Below the pieces are notes generated by a model. That model worked only from the letters and a program-made list of their open reading frames with translations, had not been told where the DNA came from and made no database searches. Of a DNA stretch of 64,000 nt, positions 17,396 to 26,764 are shown one piece after another; the first letter of the stretch is position 1, and each line of letters opens with the position of its first letter. Position numbers and translations under genes: made by a program. Source of the DNA: an uncultured Pseudomonadota bacterium (GTDB lineage: Bacteria > Oederibacteriota > Muellerivitia > Muellerivitales > Muellerivitaceae); assembly GCA_963836235.1 (NCBI GenBank), contig CAWIIP010000002.1:1088001-1152000 (forward strand). The letters are read 5' to 3'.

Positions 17396-17745
17396 TTTTC
17401 CATGTCCTTAAAAACGTTTTCAGACGCAATGAAATACAACTCTCAAAAATAAACCTTCGGCAGACCCTTGATTGAAACCTTTTTAAATTAAATCGCAGTT
17501 GTTTCAGGAAGTCAAAAAATAATCGTTAGGGCAAAAACACTACCGTAAGCCACTTGATCATTAAAGTAACCAAACTCTTTTTGTTTAGTGAAAACCTTGA
17601 ACTTCGCTTTTTTGTAAAAGCGCTCTTATCGGAGTAATTTTCGTTAAATCAGCTTTATCAACAACTCTTCGATTCGGCTTCCCTAGAATTTCGAAAGGAA
17701 AAAGCATAGACTTCGCCCGCAAAAATAATTCTGCGAGGAGAAATT

Positions 17746-18453
17746 ATGTCTGAAACTTTCCTTATTACAGGCGCCAACCGTGGTATCGGATTGGCTGTCA
17801 CTCGGGTCCTGTTGGACCAAGGGGATAAGGTGTTTGCCGCCTGCCGCCAACCTCAAAAGGCCCAGGAATTAATCACTCTTCAAAAAACTCATGGGAAAAA
17901 CCTGGAGTTGGTTGCTCTTGATGCGGCTTCAGACTCTTCCGTAGTTGCCGCCGCGAAAGAAGTGGCCAAAAAAACAGACTATCTGGATGTGCTTTTCAAT
18001 AACGCCGGCATCTCCTTGCAGCCCTACAACGCTTCCCTCGAACAGGTGGAAATCCCAAAAATGCGGGAATCTTTCGAAGTTAATACCTTAGGACCCCTGA
18101 GGGTTTCGCAAACTTTTCTCCCTTTATTAAAGAAAGCCAAAAACCCCCGCCTCATCAACATGACTTCCGGCTTGGGTTCCCTTTCGGGAAAAGCCGAGGG
18201 CGGCTTTTACGCCTATGGGGTTTCCAAGGCCGGCTTAAACATGCTCACCCGTACCATGGCCTTTGACCTTCAAAAAGATAATGTGGTTTGTGTTTGCCTG
18301 GATCCGGGGTGGGTCCAGACCGACATGGGTGGGCCCGGCGCTCCCTTGAAACCAGAGGAATCCGCCACAGCCATTGCCAAGACCTTGAAAGGCCTGACGA
18401 TGAAGCAAACTTCTCTCTTTATTTATAACAACGGCCAGGAATTAAAGTGGTAG
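17746..18453 (+). CDS. Short-chain dehydrogenase/reductase (CsgA-like)
   Basis: ITGANRGIG, NNAG, YGVSK, DPGWVQTDMGG. Confidence 0.93.
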   Translation: MSETFLITGANRGIGLAVTRVLLDQGDKVFAACRQPQKAQELITLQKTHGKNLELVALDAASDSSVVAAAKEVAKKTDYLDVLFNNAGISLQPYNASLEQVEIPKMRESFEVNTLGPLRVSQTFLPLLKKAKNPRLINMTSGLGSLSGKAEGGFYAYGVSKAGLNMLTRTMAFDLQKDNVVCVCLDPGWVQTDMGGPGAPLKPEESATAIAKTLKGLTMKQTSLFIYNNGQELKW

Positions 18454-18487
18454 ACGTTCAGAACCTTTAAAACCTCCTAAATCCATC

Positions 18488-18515
18488 GGAACTATTTACG
18501 GCCAAAATACGTCTA
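18488..18515 (+). promoter_or_regulatory. ECF-type promoter GGAAC-N17-CGTCTA
   Basis: Canonical ECF -35/-10 elements and spacing, ~60 nt upstream of a strong SD (GAGGAGG). Confidence 0.55.
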
Positions 18516-18577
18516 TAGTATGCGTCTGGTTTGACGCAAACCGGAGCTAGATGTAATCAATCTTGAGGAGGATTTTC

Positions 18578-18886
18578 ATGGAGATGAAAGGTTATTTGCG
18601 TAAGGTGGTTTTGGGAGCTGGCGTACTCGGCTTAATGGCGATGCCGATGGTGGCGAAAGCCGGTGTTGACTTAAGCGTTAATATCGGGGGCGACGATCAG
18701 GCCCACTTTGACTTCAATGGGGGAATGGGGCATCACCACCCAATGATTTGGAAAGCCGCCCAACAGTTGCGGAACGCCAAACACACCCTCTGGAACGCCG
18801 CTAACGATTTCCACGGCCATAAGGCGGATGCGATTGGGGCCATCAACGCGGCCTTGGATCAACTCAAGACTTGCGAACAACAATAA
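18578..18886 (+). CDS. Small secreted His-containing helical protein
   Basis: SD GAGGAGG; signal peptide ending AKA; GHHHP and DFHGHKADAIGAINAALDQL. Confidence 0.75.
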   Translation: MEMKGYLRKVVLGAGVLGLMAMPMVAKAGVDLSVNIGGDDQAHFDFNGGMGHHHPMIWKAAQQLRNAKHTLWNAANDFHGHKADAIGAINAALDQLKTCEQQ

Positions 18887-18901
18887 TTTTAAAAGAACTT
18901 T

Positions 18902-18932
18902 AAAGGCCACCGGTACCCCGGTGGCCTTTTTT
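18902..18932. terminator. Intrinsic terminator between convergent genes
   Basis: AAAGGCCACCGG-TACC-CCGGTGGCCTTTTTT. Confidence 0.85.
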
Positions 18933-21900
18933 ATTTCCTTTTCAACCGGTATTTATTCTTGTTCCTGTTTTTAACCTTGGACTTCTTCACAACCCTCTTC
19001 TTTTTCGAAACTTTCTTGCGAAGTGAACGTAAACCTTTCCCCGACGATAGCCAAGCGGCTACCACATTCTCGATACGGGACGCTTTCGCCCACTGAAGGG
19101 CTCCCTCCATCTCCTCGGCGGAAAATCGCGATTGAAGCTCCATCGAAAAGGCCACGATGCGGTCTTTGCTCTCTTGCCGACAGGTGGGATGGTTTAAAGC
19201 CGCCAAAAGAAAGCTGATCGCCTGCCGTTCATCCCCCTCGTCCTTTAAGAGCTGAGCGATTCCGATGAGGGCGTCCACCATGAGGGGAATCAGCTTGCAA
19301 TCCAGTGCGATGCGCATGGCTTTCTGGAAATGAAGGCATGCCGCATCCATGCTTTCTTGGCGCAAAGCCACATCGCCAAGTCGGATATGAGATACCACCT
19401 GGCCCACGGTCTCCCGGCGCAGATCGAAACCACGCAGGCTTTTCCGGAACAAGTCCTTGGCTTCCTTCCAATTTTCCCGGAAAACAGCTACTGTTCCCAG
19501 GTGGTGCTGGTGCCAAGCCATTCCTTGGACGTTGGGTCCTTCCATGGCCCAGAGGCTGTAAGCCCGTTGATAGGACTTTTCTGCACCCCGGTCATCCATT
19601 TGGGCCAACTGGACGTTCCCCGTCAGGTCCATGATGAGGGATTCGCCCCGGATATCACCAAGCTTCCGGTAATCGACTAGGGCTTCCTCATAAAGATGGA
19701 GAGCTTCCGGGTAATCCCCCGTAGCCCAAGAAACCTGGCCCAGCAACCCCTTAGACCAGGCCACGGCCCGCGAATCCCCCAGGTCGCTGGAGATGGCCAT
19801 TCCTTCTCGGAACATCTGCCGGGCGCCGGCGTAGTCCCCGAACATGACCGCCTCATGGCCCAGGCTGTGAAACGACCAGGCGATTCCCTTGCGGTCGCCA
19901 ATTTCCAGGTAAGCTGAAAGGCCTTTCTGGTAATGGGCCCGGGCTTCCTCAAAACGCCCCACGTCGTGAAGAATATCGCCCAGAAGATTGTGGGAATAAG
20001 CTTGGGACCTCAGGTCCTTGTCGGCCAGGGAGTAAGCCAGGCTTTTTTTCACCAGTTCGGTAGCCTGGGAATGGCGCCCCAGCCGGTTTTCAATATGCCC
20101 CAAATTATTGAGGGACCAAACAATGCCAAAATGGTCGCGCACCCGATGATAGGCTTGATAACCTTTAGTGTAACAAGTCTTGGCTTTCTCATAGTGTCCT
20201 TGGGTTTCATTGACGATACCCAACCCGCTGAAAGCGAACCCCGCTCCTTTCAGATCTGAAGCCGATTGGTAAAGACGAAGGCTCTCTTCAAAAAAATTTT
20301 GGGCTATCTTGGGCCGGCCTAAAAGGTTTTCAAAGAAACCCGAATAAGCTTTTAACCGGGCCAAAAGGATTTGGGCGCTCTTGGGACTCGAGGAGACACC
20401 GTCATATTTTTTCCGAACACCCTCCACGGCCGCTTGAAAGTTTTCCTTAGCCTCCTGAAACCAGCCCTTGGTCTCAAACAGGAAAAAAAGCGACCCCAGG
20501 TAGGCGTCCATCTCCGGCTCCATTAATTGCTCCAAGGCCCTTTTCCAACCCTCCCGAATATTCCCAATCTCCTCCGTCAAATCCTCGACGACTTTTTTTT
20601 GGCCGGACCCATATAAGTTTTCCTCTTTTTTTTTCATTAGTTGGGCGAAATAAAAGCAATGGGCGTTGAAGACTTTTTCCCTTTCGGTGGAGTCGTCGAA
20701 TAATTTCTCCTTCGCGTAATACTTCAACAATTCATGGATCTCAAAGCGCCCATTGCTGCGGACCCGCAGAAGGGATTTGTTCGCCAGGTAAAGCAAAAGA
20801 TTTTCCGTGGCTCCCGCGACCTTTCGGGCCGCCTGCTCGCTGAAGCTTCCCCTGAAAACGGATATCCCACGGAGAACTTTTTTTTGGACCTCGGAAAGTA
20901 GTATCCAGGAATACTCGAACACTGCCCGGAGAGACCGGTGACGGGCAGGCAAATGCGGCATGGAAGTCGCCAGGAAATCCCGGCTGCTTTCTATTTTTTC
21001 GGCGATCTGGGATAAAGATAGGCTCGGCACCCAGGTGGCGCAAAGTTCCAGCCCCAGGGGCATGCCTTCTAAAAGGCGGCAAATTTCAAGCAGCGGTCTC
21101 CGGTCTTCCGGCTTGAGGGAAAAGTGAGGTTGGATTCGGTGTGAGCTTTTTAAAAAAAGCTGGACAGCGGAAGAAGCTTCCATTCCCTCGGTCCGGCCAT
21201 CGGAGGGATAACGGAGCCCTTTGACCTCCATCACTTTTTCCCCTTCAATCCCCAGGCTTTCACGGGAAGTGACGAGAATCTTCAGCCGAGGGGCACCATT
21301 GAGCATTTGTTCCACCCATTCGGAACCTTCGATGATGTGCTCAAAGTTGTCCATCACGAGAAGCATTTGCTTTTCCTTGAGATGGTTCAAAAGCTGGATT
21401 TTTGCGTCTTCCGGGCCTGCAAAGAAAAATTTGATGGCGCTGGCGATGCTCCCTACCATCAATTGACCGGACAAAAGGGGCGCCAGCGCAATCACATAAG
21501 TCCCGTCTTCGAATTTTTCGATCAAGTCCGCTGCCGCTTGGAGGGCCAGTCGGGTTTTCCCAAACCCACCCGGCCCCAAGAGGGTAATGAGCCGGGTAGA
21601 AGAATGAAGCAGGAGCTTCTCGATTTCCTCCATTTCCTCTTCTCTCCCAAAAAAAGGAGAACTTTGTGGAAGAAAGTTCTGTGGATAATTTTGAAGGGAT
21701 TCTGGGGGCTGGGTCGTTTCGAGGTTGAAATCGGGATGGATCAGGGAATAAATGTTTTGGGGTTCGCTCAAATCCTTGAGAAAGTGGGTGCCCATATCCT
21801 GGAGTCTGGCTCCGGGCGGCAGGGGGACAAAATGGACGGCGGGAACCGTCAGAAGGATTTGGCTGCCCCGGGCGGCGTCCAAGAGTTTAAGCGCATGGCT

Positions 21901-22218
21901 GAAATCGGGGCCAAAATAATTTTGGCCCAGGGGTTCGGCATCACCCACATGGATGGACACTCGAAGACCTGCTTTCCCGAACCGATCCCACAAATGGCTT
22001 TGGAAGTCTTTTTGTAAGGCAATAGCGGCTTTGGCGGGTTCACCACCCTCGAAGATTCCCAATACACCGGTGGGTGTCCGTCGCATCCAATGGACGCCGT
22101 TGGCATAGAGGGTCTCTTCAATGAGGAAATGCTGACAGGCCAGGATATGATCCACCTCGGTAGTGCCCCGTTCCTTGAATACCGACGCGTGATCGATTTC
22201 CGTGAAAAGAAAAATCAT
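18931..22218 (-). CDS. STAND (NB-ARC-like) ATPase with degenerate class III cyclase N-terminus and TPR repeats
   Basis: IFLFTEI, LRVSIHVG, HFLKDLSEPQNIYSL; Walker A GPGGFGKT; Walker B LLVMDNFE; GMPLGLEL; many TPRs; Lys/Arg-rich tail. Confidence 0.88.
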   Translation of the reverse strand: MIFLFTEIDHASVFKERGTTEVDHILACQHFLIEETLYANGVHWMRRTPTGVLGIFEGGEPAKAAIALQKDFQSHLWDRFGKAGLRVSIHVGDAEPLGQNYFGPDFSHALKLLDAARGSQILLTVPAVHFVPLPPGARLQDMGTHFLKDLSEPQNIYSLIHPDFNLETTQPPESLQNYPQNFLPQSSPFFGREEEMEEIEKLLLHSSTRLITLLGPGGFGKTRLALQAAADLIEKFEDGTYVIALAPLLSGQLMVGSIASAIKFFFAGPEDAKIQLLNHLKEKQMLLVMDNFEHIIEGSEWVEQMLNGAPRLKILVTSRESLGIEGEKVMEVKGLRYPSDGRTEGMEASSAVQLFLKSSHRIQPHFSLKPEDRRPLLEICRLLEGMPLGLELCATWVPSLSLSQIAEKIESSRDFLATSMPHLPARHRSLRAVFEYSWILLSEVQKKVLRGISVFRGSFSEQAARKVAGATENLLLYLANKSLLRVRSNGRFEIHELLKYYAKEKLFDDSTEREKVFNAHCFYFAQLMKKKEENLYGSGQKKVVEDLTEEIGNIREGWKRALEQLMEPEMDAYLGSLFFLFETKGWFQEAKENFQAAVEGVRKKYDGVSSSPKSAQILLARLKAYSGFFENLLGRPKIAQNFFEESLRLYQSASDLKGAGFAFSGLGIVNETQGHYEKAKTCYTKGYQAYHRVRDHFGIVWSLNNLGHIENRLGRHSQATELVKKSLAYSLADKDLRSQAYSHNLLGDILHDVGRFEEARAHYQKGLSAYLEIGDRKGIAWSFHSLGHEAVMFGDYAGARQMFREGMAISSDLGDSRAVAWSKGLLGQVSWATGDYPEALHLYEEALVDYRKLGDIRGESLIMDLTGNVQLAQMDDRGAEKSYQRAYSLWAMEGPNVQGMAWHQHHLGTVAVFRENWKEAKDLFRKSLRGFDLRRETVGQVVSHIRLGDVALRQESMDAACLHFQKAMRIALDCKLIPLMVDALIGIAQLLKDEGDERQAISFLLAALNHPTCRQESKDRIVAFSMELQSRFSAEEMEGALQWAKASRIENVVAAWLSSGKGLRSLRKKVSKKKRVVKKSKVKNRNKNKYRLKRK

Positions 22219-22455
22219 TACTTTCCTTTCTCAAACGTCCATTCCTAACGGGGGGCAACTAACCAAAGGCCTTCCACGATGTCGACCTCTATTATATCTG
22301 ATGATCCCACCCGACGCTTGAAGAAGGCTTCTCCGGTGAAAGGGCTTCTGTTAATATCGCCTTTCCAACTCACCCCCCCCGAGGTCCGGACTATCAGTCT
22401 CAAAACATCAACTCGAACTTTTGGGGATTTGGCAGTATTTATAACGAGGATCGGC

Positions 22456-23802
22456 ATGTTCCATTGGAAGAAAAACGAAATAGGCGCTTCGAGATTCCTC
22501 ATCGTTTTTGCTCTTCTCTCCCTGGCTTTTGGCTTTCGTTTTTTCTTTGGGCTTCATTGTCCCGCGACGATTATCGATGAGGATGAGATCCAAACCTATC
22601 TTATCGGCCTAAAATCTTATACGACCCACACTTGGCCCTATTTCGGCACGGATATGCGAAGCGGCGGGGGGGAATACCAGGGCCAAATGGCCGGGGCCTT
22701 AGAGGGCCTTCTGGTTTCCATCCCCTTGTGGATTTGGCCCACCCCAGAGTCGCCTTACCTATTCGTGAATATCCTCTCCTTTCTCGCTTTGGCCTTATGG
22801 GGCTGGTACTGTTACAAGCGCACCCCCGGTCTCCCGCCCTGGCTTCTTTTCACTTGGCTTTTCATTGCCCCTTGGACTACTCATTTTTCAACCCAAATCA
22901 TGAACCAATCCTATTCCCTCGTCGGCGCCATCTTATTTTTTCTCGGTTTGATGGAATCCCTTCCGGTCCTAAGCCTGGGTTGGCTTTCCTCGCGTCCGGC
23001 CAATTTCCTGATGGGATTCGGTTTCTTTTGGTTGATGCAGCTCCATATGTCCTGGGTAATGTTTGTGCCATTCCTGGCCTATTCCCTTTATATCCAATGG
23101 AAATCCGGAACCGGTAAGACCGCCCTCGGATACGGTATCCTCGGTGCGATTCCGATGTTAACCTTACTCGCCCCGACTTATCTGAAATATGGGTTCACGA
23201 CTTCAGAAAATATTCGGGGTTATTCTTCGCTTTTCAACTACTCAAACATGAAAAGCTTTTTCGACATTTTGTCCCGGTATCTTTCCTTTGCCAGTTTTGA
23301 ATTGCCTAGGTTTATTGGAGCCAATAATCACGATCGGTGTGAATACCTCATGAAAACTCCCTGGTTGGCGGGGCCAGGGTTCGTCCTTTGGGGCACGGGA
23401 ATATTGCAAGCTTCATCCCTGCTTGTCCTGGGTTTTTTCCCAAAGCCGGGCCGGAAAGATTGGAATGAGATAAGAACCATTTCCCTTTTTTTTTTCCTGG
23501 TGATTTATATTTTTTTCTGGTTTTCGGCCCAACCTCCCGCTTCCTATCGTTATTATGAAGTTCTTCCCCTCGTGATGCTTTATTCCTTTTACTGTTGGGA
23601 AAGTCTGGCCAATAAAACTTTCTGGCGTATAGTTGGCGTGGTATTCATCACGACGGCAGTTCTTTTCCAGCTAGGGTATGCCATTAGAAATAACAAAGAA
23701 GGCACTTCGGTTTACGACCGATATCGGGGCCGAATGGAAAAGGCTCTTACCCACAATGATTATCGCTTAATGGCCGAGAGAAGGCCTTACGCCCTCTATT
23801 AG
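22456..23802 (+). CDS. Polytopic membrane protein, GT-C-like glycosyltransferase (paralogue 1)
   Basis: DEIQTYLIGLKSY..WPYFG after TM1; about 10 hydrophobic segments; start chosen at the ATG with GAGG. Confidence 0.6.
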   Translation: MFHWKKNEIGASRFLIVFALLSLAFGFRFFFGLHCPATIIDEDEIQTYLIGLKSYTTHTWPYFGTDMRSGGGEYQGQMAGALEGLLVSIPLWIWPTPESPYLFVNILSFLALALWGWYCYKRTPGLPPWLLFTWLFIAPWTTHFSTQIMNQSYSLVGAILFFLGLMESLPVLSLGWLSSRPANFLMGFGFFWLMQLHMSWVMFVPFLAYSLYIQWKSGTGKTALGYGILGAIPMLTLLAPTYLKYGFTTSENIRGYSSLFNYSNMKSFFDILSRYLSFASFELPRFIGANNHDRCEYLMKTPWLAGPGFVLWGTGILQASSLLVLGFFPKPGRKDWNEIRTISLFFFLVIYIFFWFSAQPPASYRYYEVLPLVMLYSFYCWESLANKTFWRIVGVVFITTAVLFQLGYAIRNNKEGTSVYDRYRGRMEKALTHNDYRLMAERRPYALY

Positions 23803-23900
23803 CCCTACTTTGGATAATCGATGATGGTTGTGGGTCTATAAGGTTAAAAAGAAAACGAACGGCGGGTAGCGGGGCTTTACATTTTTTTGAAGAGGTGGTC

Positions 23901-25370
23901 ATGCCGAATCGAAAAACTCTCTTAATCCTTTTTCTCGGGATTTTCTTTTTTCGGCTCCTTTTTGGACTATGCCAGGCCAAGTGGATGGAAATTGACGAGC
24001 TTCAAACTTATTTGATCGGTTTGAAGTTTTACACGACCAACAGCTGGCCCTACTTTGGCCCCGATGTGAACGGTATCGAAAGCACCTTCCAAAGCCAGAT
24101 CCCCGGCGCGTTGGAAGCTCTTTTAGTAGGACTTCCCTTTTACATCCTTCCCCTCCCCGAAGCTCCTTTCATCTTTTTAAACCTGATGACGGCGGCGGGT
24201 GTCATGCTTTTGGGCTGGTACCTTTATCGGCGGATTCCCGGCCTATCGTTCGTTTGGCTTAGCCTCTGGATCGCCGTGGTCCCTTGGAGCCTTCATGAAG
24301 CTACTTTCATCCTTAATCCGGCCTATATTTTCCTTCCCTCCGTCCTTTTCTTCATCGGGTTTATGGAAGCTACACCCTCTTTCCGTTCTGGCTTGGCGCC
24401 TTTGTCTTGGTCCAACGCCCTCATGGGACTTTCCCTTTTCTGGATCATGCAATTCCATTTTTCCTACATTTACCTGATTCCCCTGACGGCCTTTTCCCTT
24501 CTATTTCAGTTGAAACAAACGCGAAAGTCCCAATGCGTTTTCTTTTTTATTCTGGGATCCCTGGCGCCTCTTGCCTTCGCCATTCCAACCTATCTCAAAT
24601 TCGGCTTATCCAGTAACAATGTAGCTTCTGGTTTTGCGGTTCCCTTCGACTGGGGAAACGTCAAAGAATTTTGGACAATTCTCGCTAGGTTCTTGTCGTT
24701 GGTATCTTTTGAAATACCGCGTTTCATCGGTGAGAATAACCATCAACGCTTCGCTTTTCTTGAAAACCACCCCTTGCTCTTAGGGCCCGGGGCCATGCTT
24801 TGGATCCTCGGTTTACTTCAACCCTTCGTTTTAGCCGCCATATGGTTTCGTGAATTACGGCTTCGTTTCCGCTGGATGTTTTGGATCTTGTTTCTGGGAC
24901 TTTGTGTTCTTTTATCCATCAGCGATATGGGTGAGGTGGTTAAGACCCTTTCCTTAACACTCGGCATCATGGCCCTCATTTTGACTTTGGGGCTTTGGCT
25001 CGGCCGTTTCCAACCGGAAAAGATCGGGCCTCAATGGCAAGGATTGAATCTTCTTCTTTTCGCCTTATTCGCGATGGTTTATACAAGTTTTTGGTTCACG
25101 ATTAAAATGCCCCTTTCCCATATTTACTTCATATTGTTTCCGTTCATCATGGCTTATTCCTGTTATTGCTGGGTCCTCTTCGTGAACGAAAAATATGGGC
25201 GGGTGTTGGCGAAAGTTATTGTGGTATTCGGAATCATTTTCCAGCTGGATTATGCCCTGACCTTGAAGGATCAATACTCCATCTATCCCCAACGGCCCCT
25301 CGTGGTTAAGGCAATCCAAGAAAAAAATTATCACTTGATGGGGGAACGCCGGCCGGGAAGCCGCTACTAA
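23901..25370 (+). CDS. Polytopic membrane protein, GT-C-like glycosyltransferase (paralogue 2)
   Basis: DELQTYLIGLKFY..WPYFGPD; FLSLVSFEIPRFIG; C-terminal YHLMGERRP. Confidence 0.6.
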   Translation: MPNRKTLLILFLGIFFFRLLFGLCQAKWMEIDELQTYLIGLKFYTTNSWPYFGPDVNGIESTFQSQIPGALEALLVGLPFYILPLPEAPFIFLNLMTAAGVMLLGWYLYRRIPGLSFVWLSLWIAVVPWSLHEATFILNPAYIFLPSVLFFIGFMEATPSFRSGLAPLSWSNALMGLSLFWIMQFHFSYIYLIPLTAFSLLFQLKQTRKSQCVFFFILGSLAPLAFAIPTYLKFGLSSNNVASGFAVPFDWGNVKEFWTILARFLSLVSFEIPRFIGENNHQRFAFLENHPLLLGPGAMLWILGLLQPFVLAAIWFRELRLRFRWMFWILFLGLCVLLSISDMGEVVKTLSLTLGIMALILTLGLWLGRFQPEKIGPQWQGLNLLLFALFAMVYTSFWFTIKMPLSHIYFILFPFIMAYSCYCWVLFVNEKYGRVLAKVIVVFGIIFQLDYALTLKDQYSIYPQRPLVVKAIQEKNYHLMGERRPGSRY

Positions 25371-25427
25371 TGAGAGTCGTTATAAGTTTCTAATCCTGAG
25401 TGACTTTCGTTTCCAAAAAAGGAACCC

Positions 25428-26738
25428 ATGTCTGACCACCTGAAATTCGCGTTTTTATTCTTATTCTTTTTTGTTTTTCGCACCCTCTTTGGGCTGTCCC
25501 AGCCCTTTTTCTCACCTGACGAACTCCAGACCTATCTGATCGGCTTGAAATGGTATGGCCAGGGCGGTTGGCCTTATTTCGGACCTGACCTGATCGTGAC
25601 CGAGACCGGTTTTTATAGTCAAATTCCAGGGCCGCTGGAAGCCTGGATGGTAGGCGGTCCACTCCTCCTTTTTCCTTTTCCGGAAGCGCCATTTATTTTT
25701 TTGAATTTTCTTTCCACTGTGGCCTTGGCGATTTTTTCTTGGTATTTCTCTAAACGCCTAACCGGCCTTCCCCTCTTTTTCATTTTCGCTTGGATCTCGA
25801 TCCTGCCTTGGAATTTGCATGAATCTACTAATCCGCTCAATCCTTCCTATCTTTTATTAGGAAGTATCTTATTCTTCCTCGGCTTTTTTGAAGCCGTTCC
25901 TTCCCTGACCCAGAATGTCCTGAAACCGGCTGTGGCTTTTGCCTTCATGGGTTTCGGACTCTTTTGGGACATGCAGTTTCACAACTCCTGGGTGCTTTTG
26001 CCTCCTTTCGTGCTTTTGGCCATCGGACTGCGAATCCGGGATAAGAAATTCCAAATCGCTCAAAACCTTCTCCCCTTCTTGGCGGGCGCGGCGCCTCTGG
26101 TAGGGTTATTGGTTCCGACTTACCTTAAATATGGCCTGAACCGTGGCGCCGGCGGATTCCATCTTTTCGAGCTTTTCAACACCCAAAATTTTCTGGCTTT
26201 TTTCACCATCCTAGGAAGATTTTTTTCCCTACCTTGTTTTGAAACACTTCGCTACATCGGTTTTAATACATCCCAACGCTGGGCTTTTCTTGTCCAATCC
26301 CTTTGGTTCTTTGTACCCGGTCTATGGATGGTCCTCATGGGTTGGATTCAGCCATTAATTCTTTTCATTCTGGGTTGGTCCAAGGATGAAAAACATAAAG
26401 ATTTCCAAATCCTCTCAAAAGTGGTTCTTTTCGCCTTTTTAGTGGTTTGGATTAGTTTTTGGTTTACCTCCAAGGAGCCCCTGGCACATATTTACTATAT
26501 TCTTATGCCCCTTTTAACAGCTTACTCTATATATATCTGGAGTCGGTTTGCCCATCGGCCAGGGTGGCGCTTGTTAGGGCTGGTTTGTATCATGGCCAAC
26601 CTATGGTTCCAGTCGGGCTTCATGATTCGAATGTGGAAAACCCAGTCCCTTTACACGAACCGAACCTTAGTGGTCCAAGCCATCCAAGCGAAGAATTACC
26701 GGATATTAGGAGAACGGCGCCCAGGGAGTGACAACTGA
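25428..26738 (+). CDS. Polytopic membrane protein, GT-C-like glycosyltransferase (paralogue 3)
   Basis: DELQTYLIGLKWY..WPYFGPD; C-terminal YRILGERRP. Confidence 0.6.
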   Translation: MSDHLKFAFLFLFFFVFRTLFGLSQPFFSPDELQTYLIGLKWYGQGGWPYFGPDLIVTETGFYSQIPGPLEAWMVGGPLLLFPFPEAPFIFLNFLSTVALAIFSWYFSKRLTGLPLFFIFAWISILPWNLHESTNPLNPSYLLLGSILFFLGFFEAVPSLTQNVLKPAVAFAFMGFGLFWDMQFHNSWVLLPPFVLLAIGLRIRDKKFQIAQNLLPFLAGAAPLVGLLVPTYLKYGLNRGAGGFHLFELFNTQNFLAFFTILGRFFSLPCFETLRYIGFNTSQRWAFLVQSLWFFVPGLWMVLMGWIQPLILFILGWSKDEKHKDFQILSKVVLFAFLVVWISFWFTSKEPLAHIYYILMPLLTAYSIYIWSRFAHRPGWRLLGLVCIMANLWFQSGFMIRMWKTQSLYTNRTLVVQAIQAKNYRILGERRPGSDN

Positions 26739-26764
26739 ATAAAGTTTTAAATTTTGGAGAAAAT

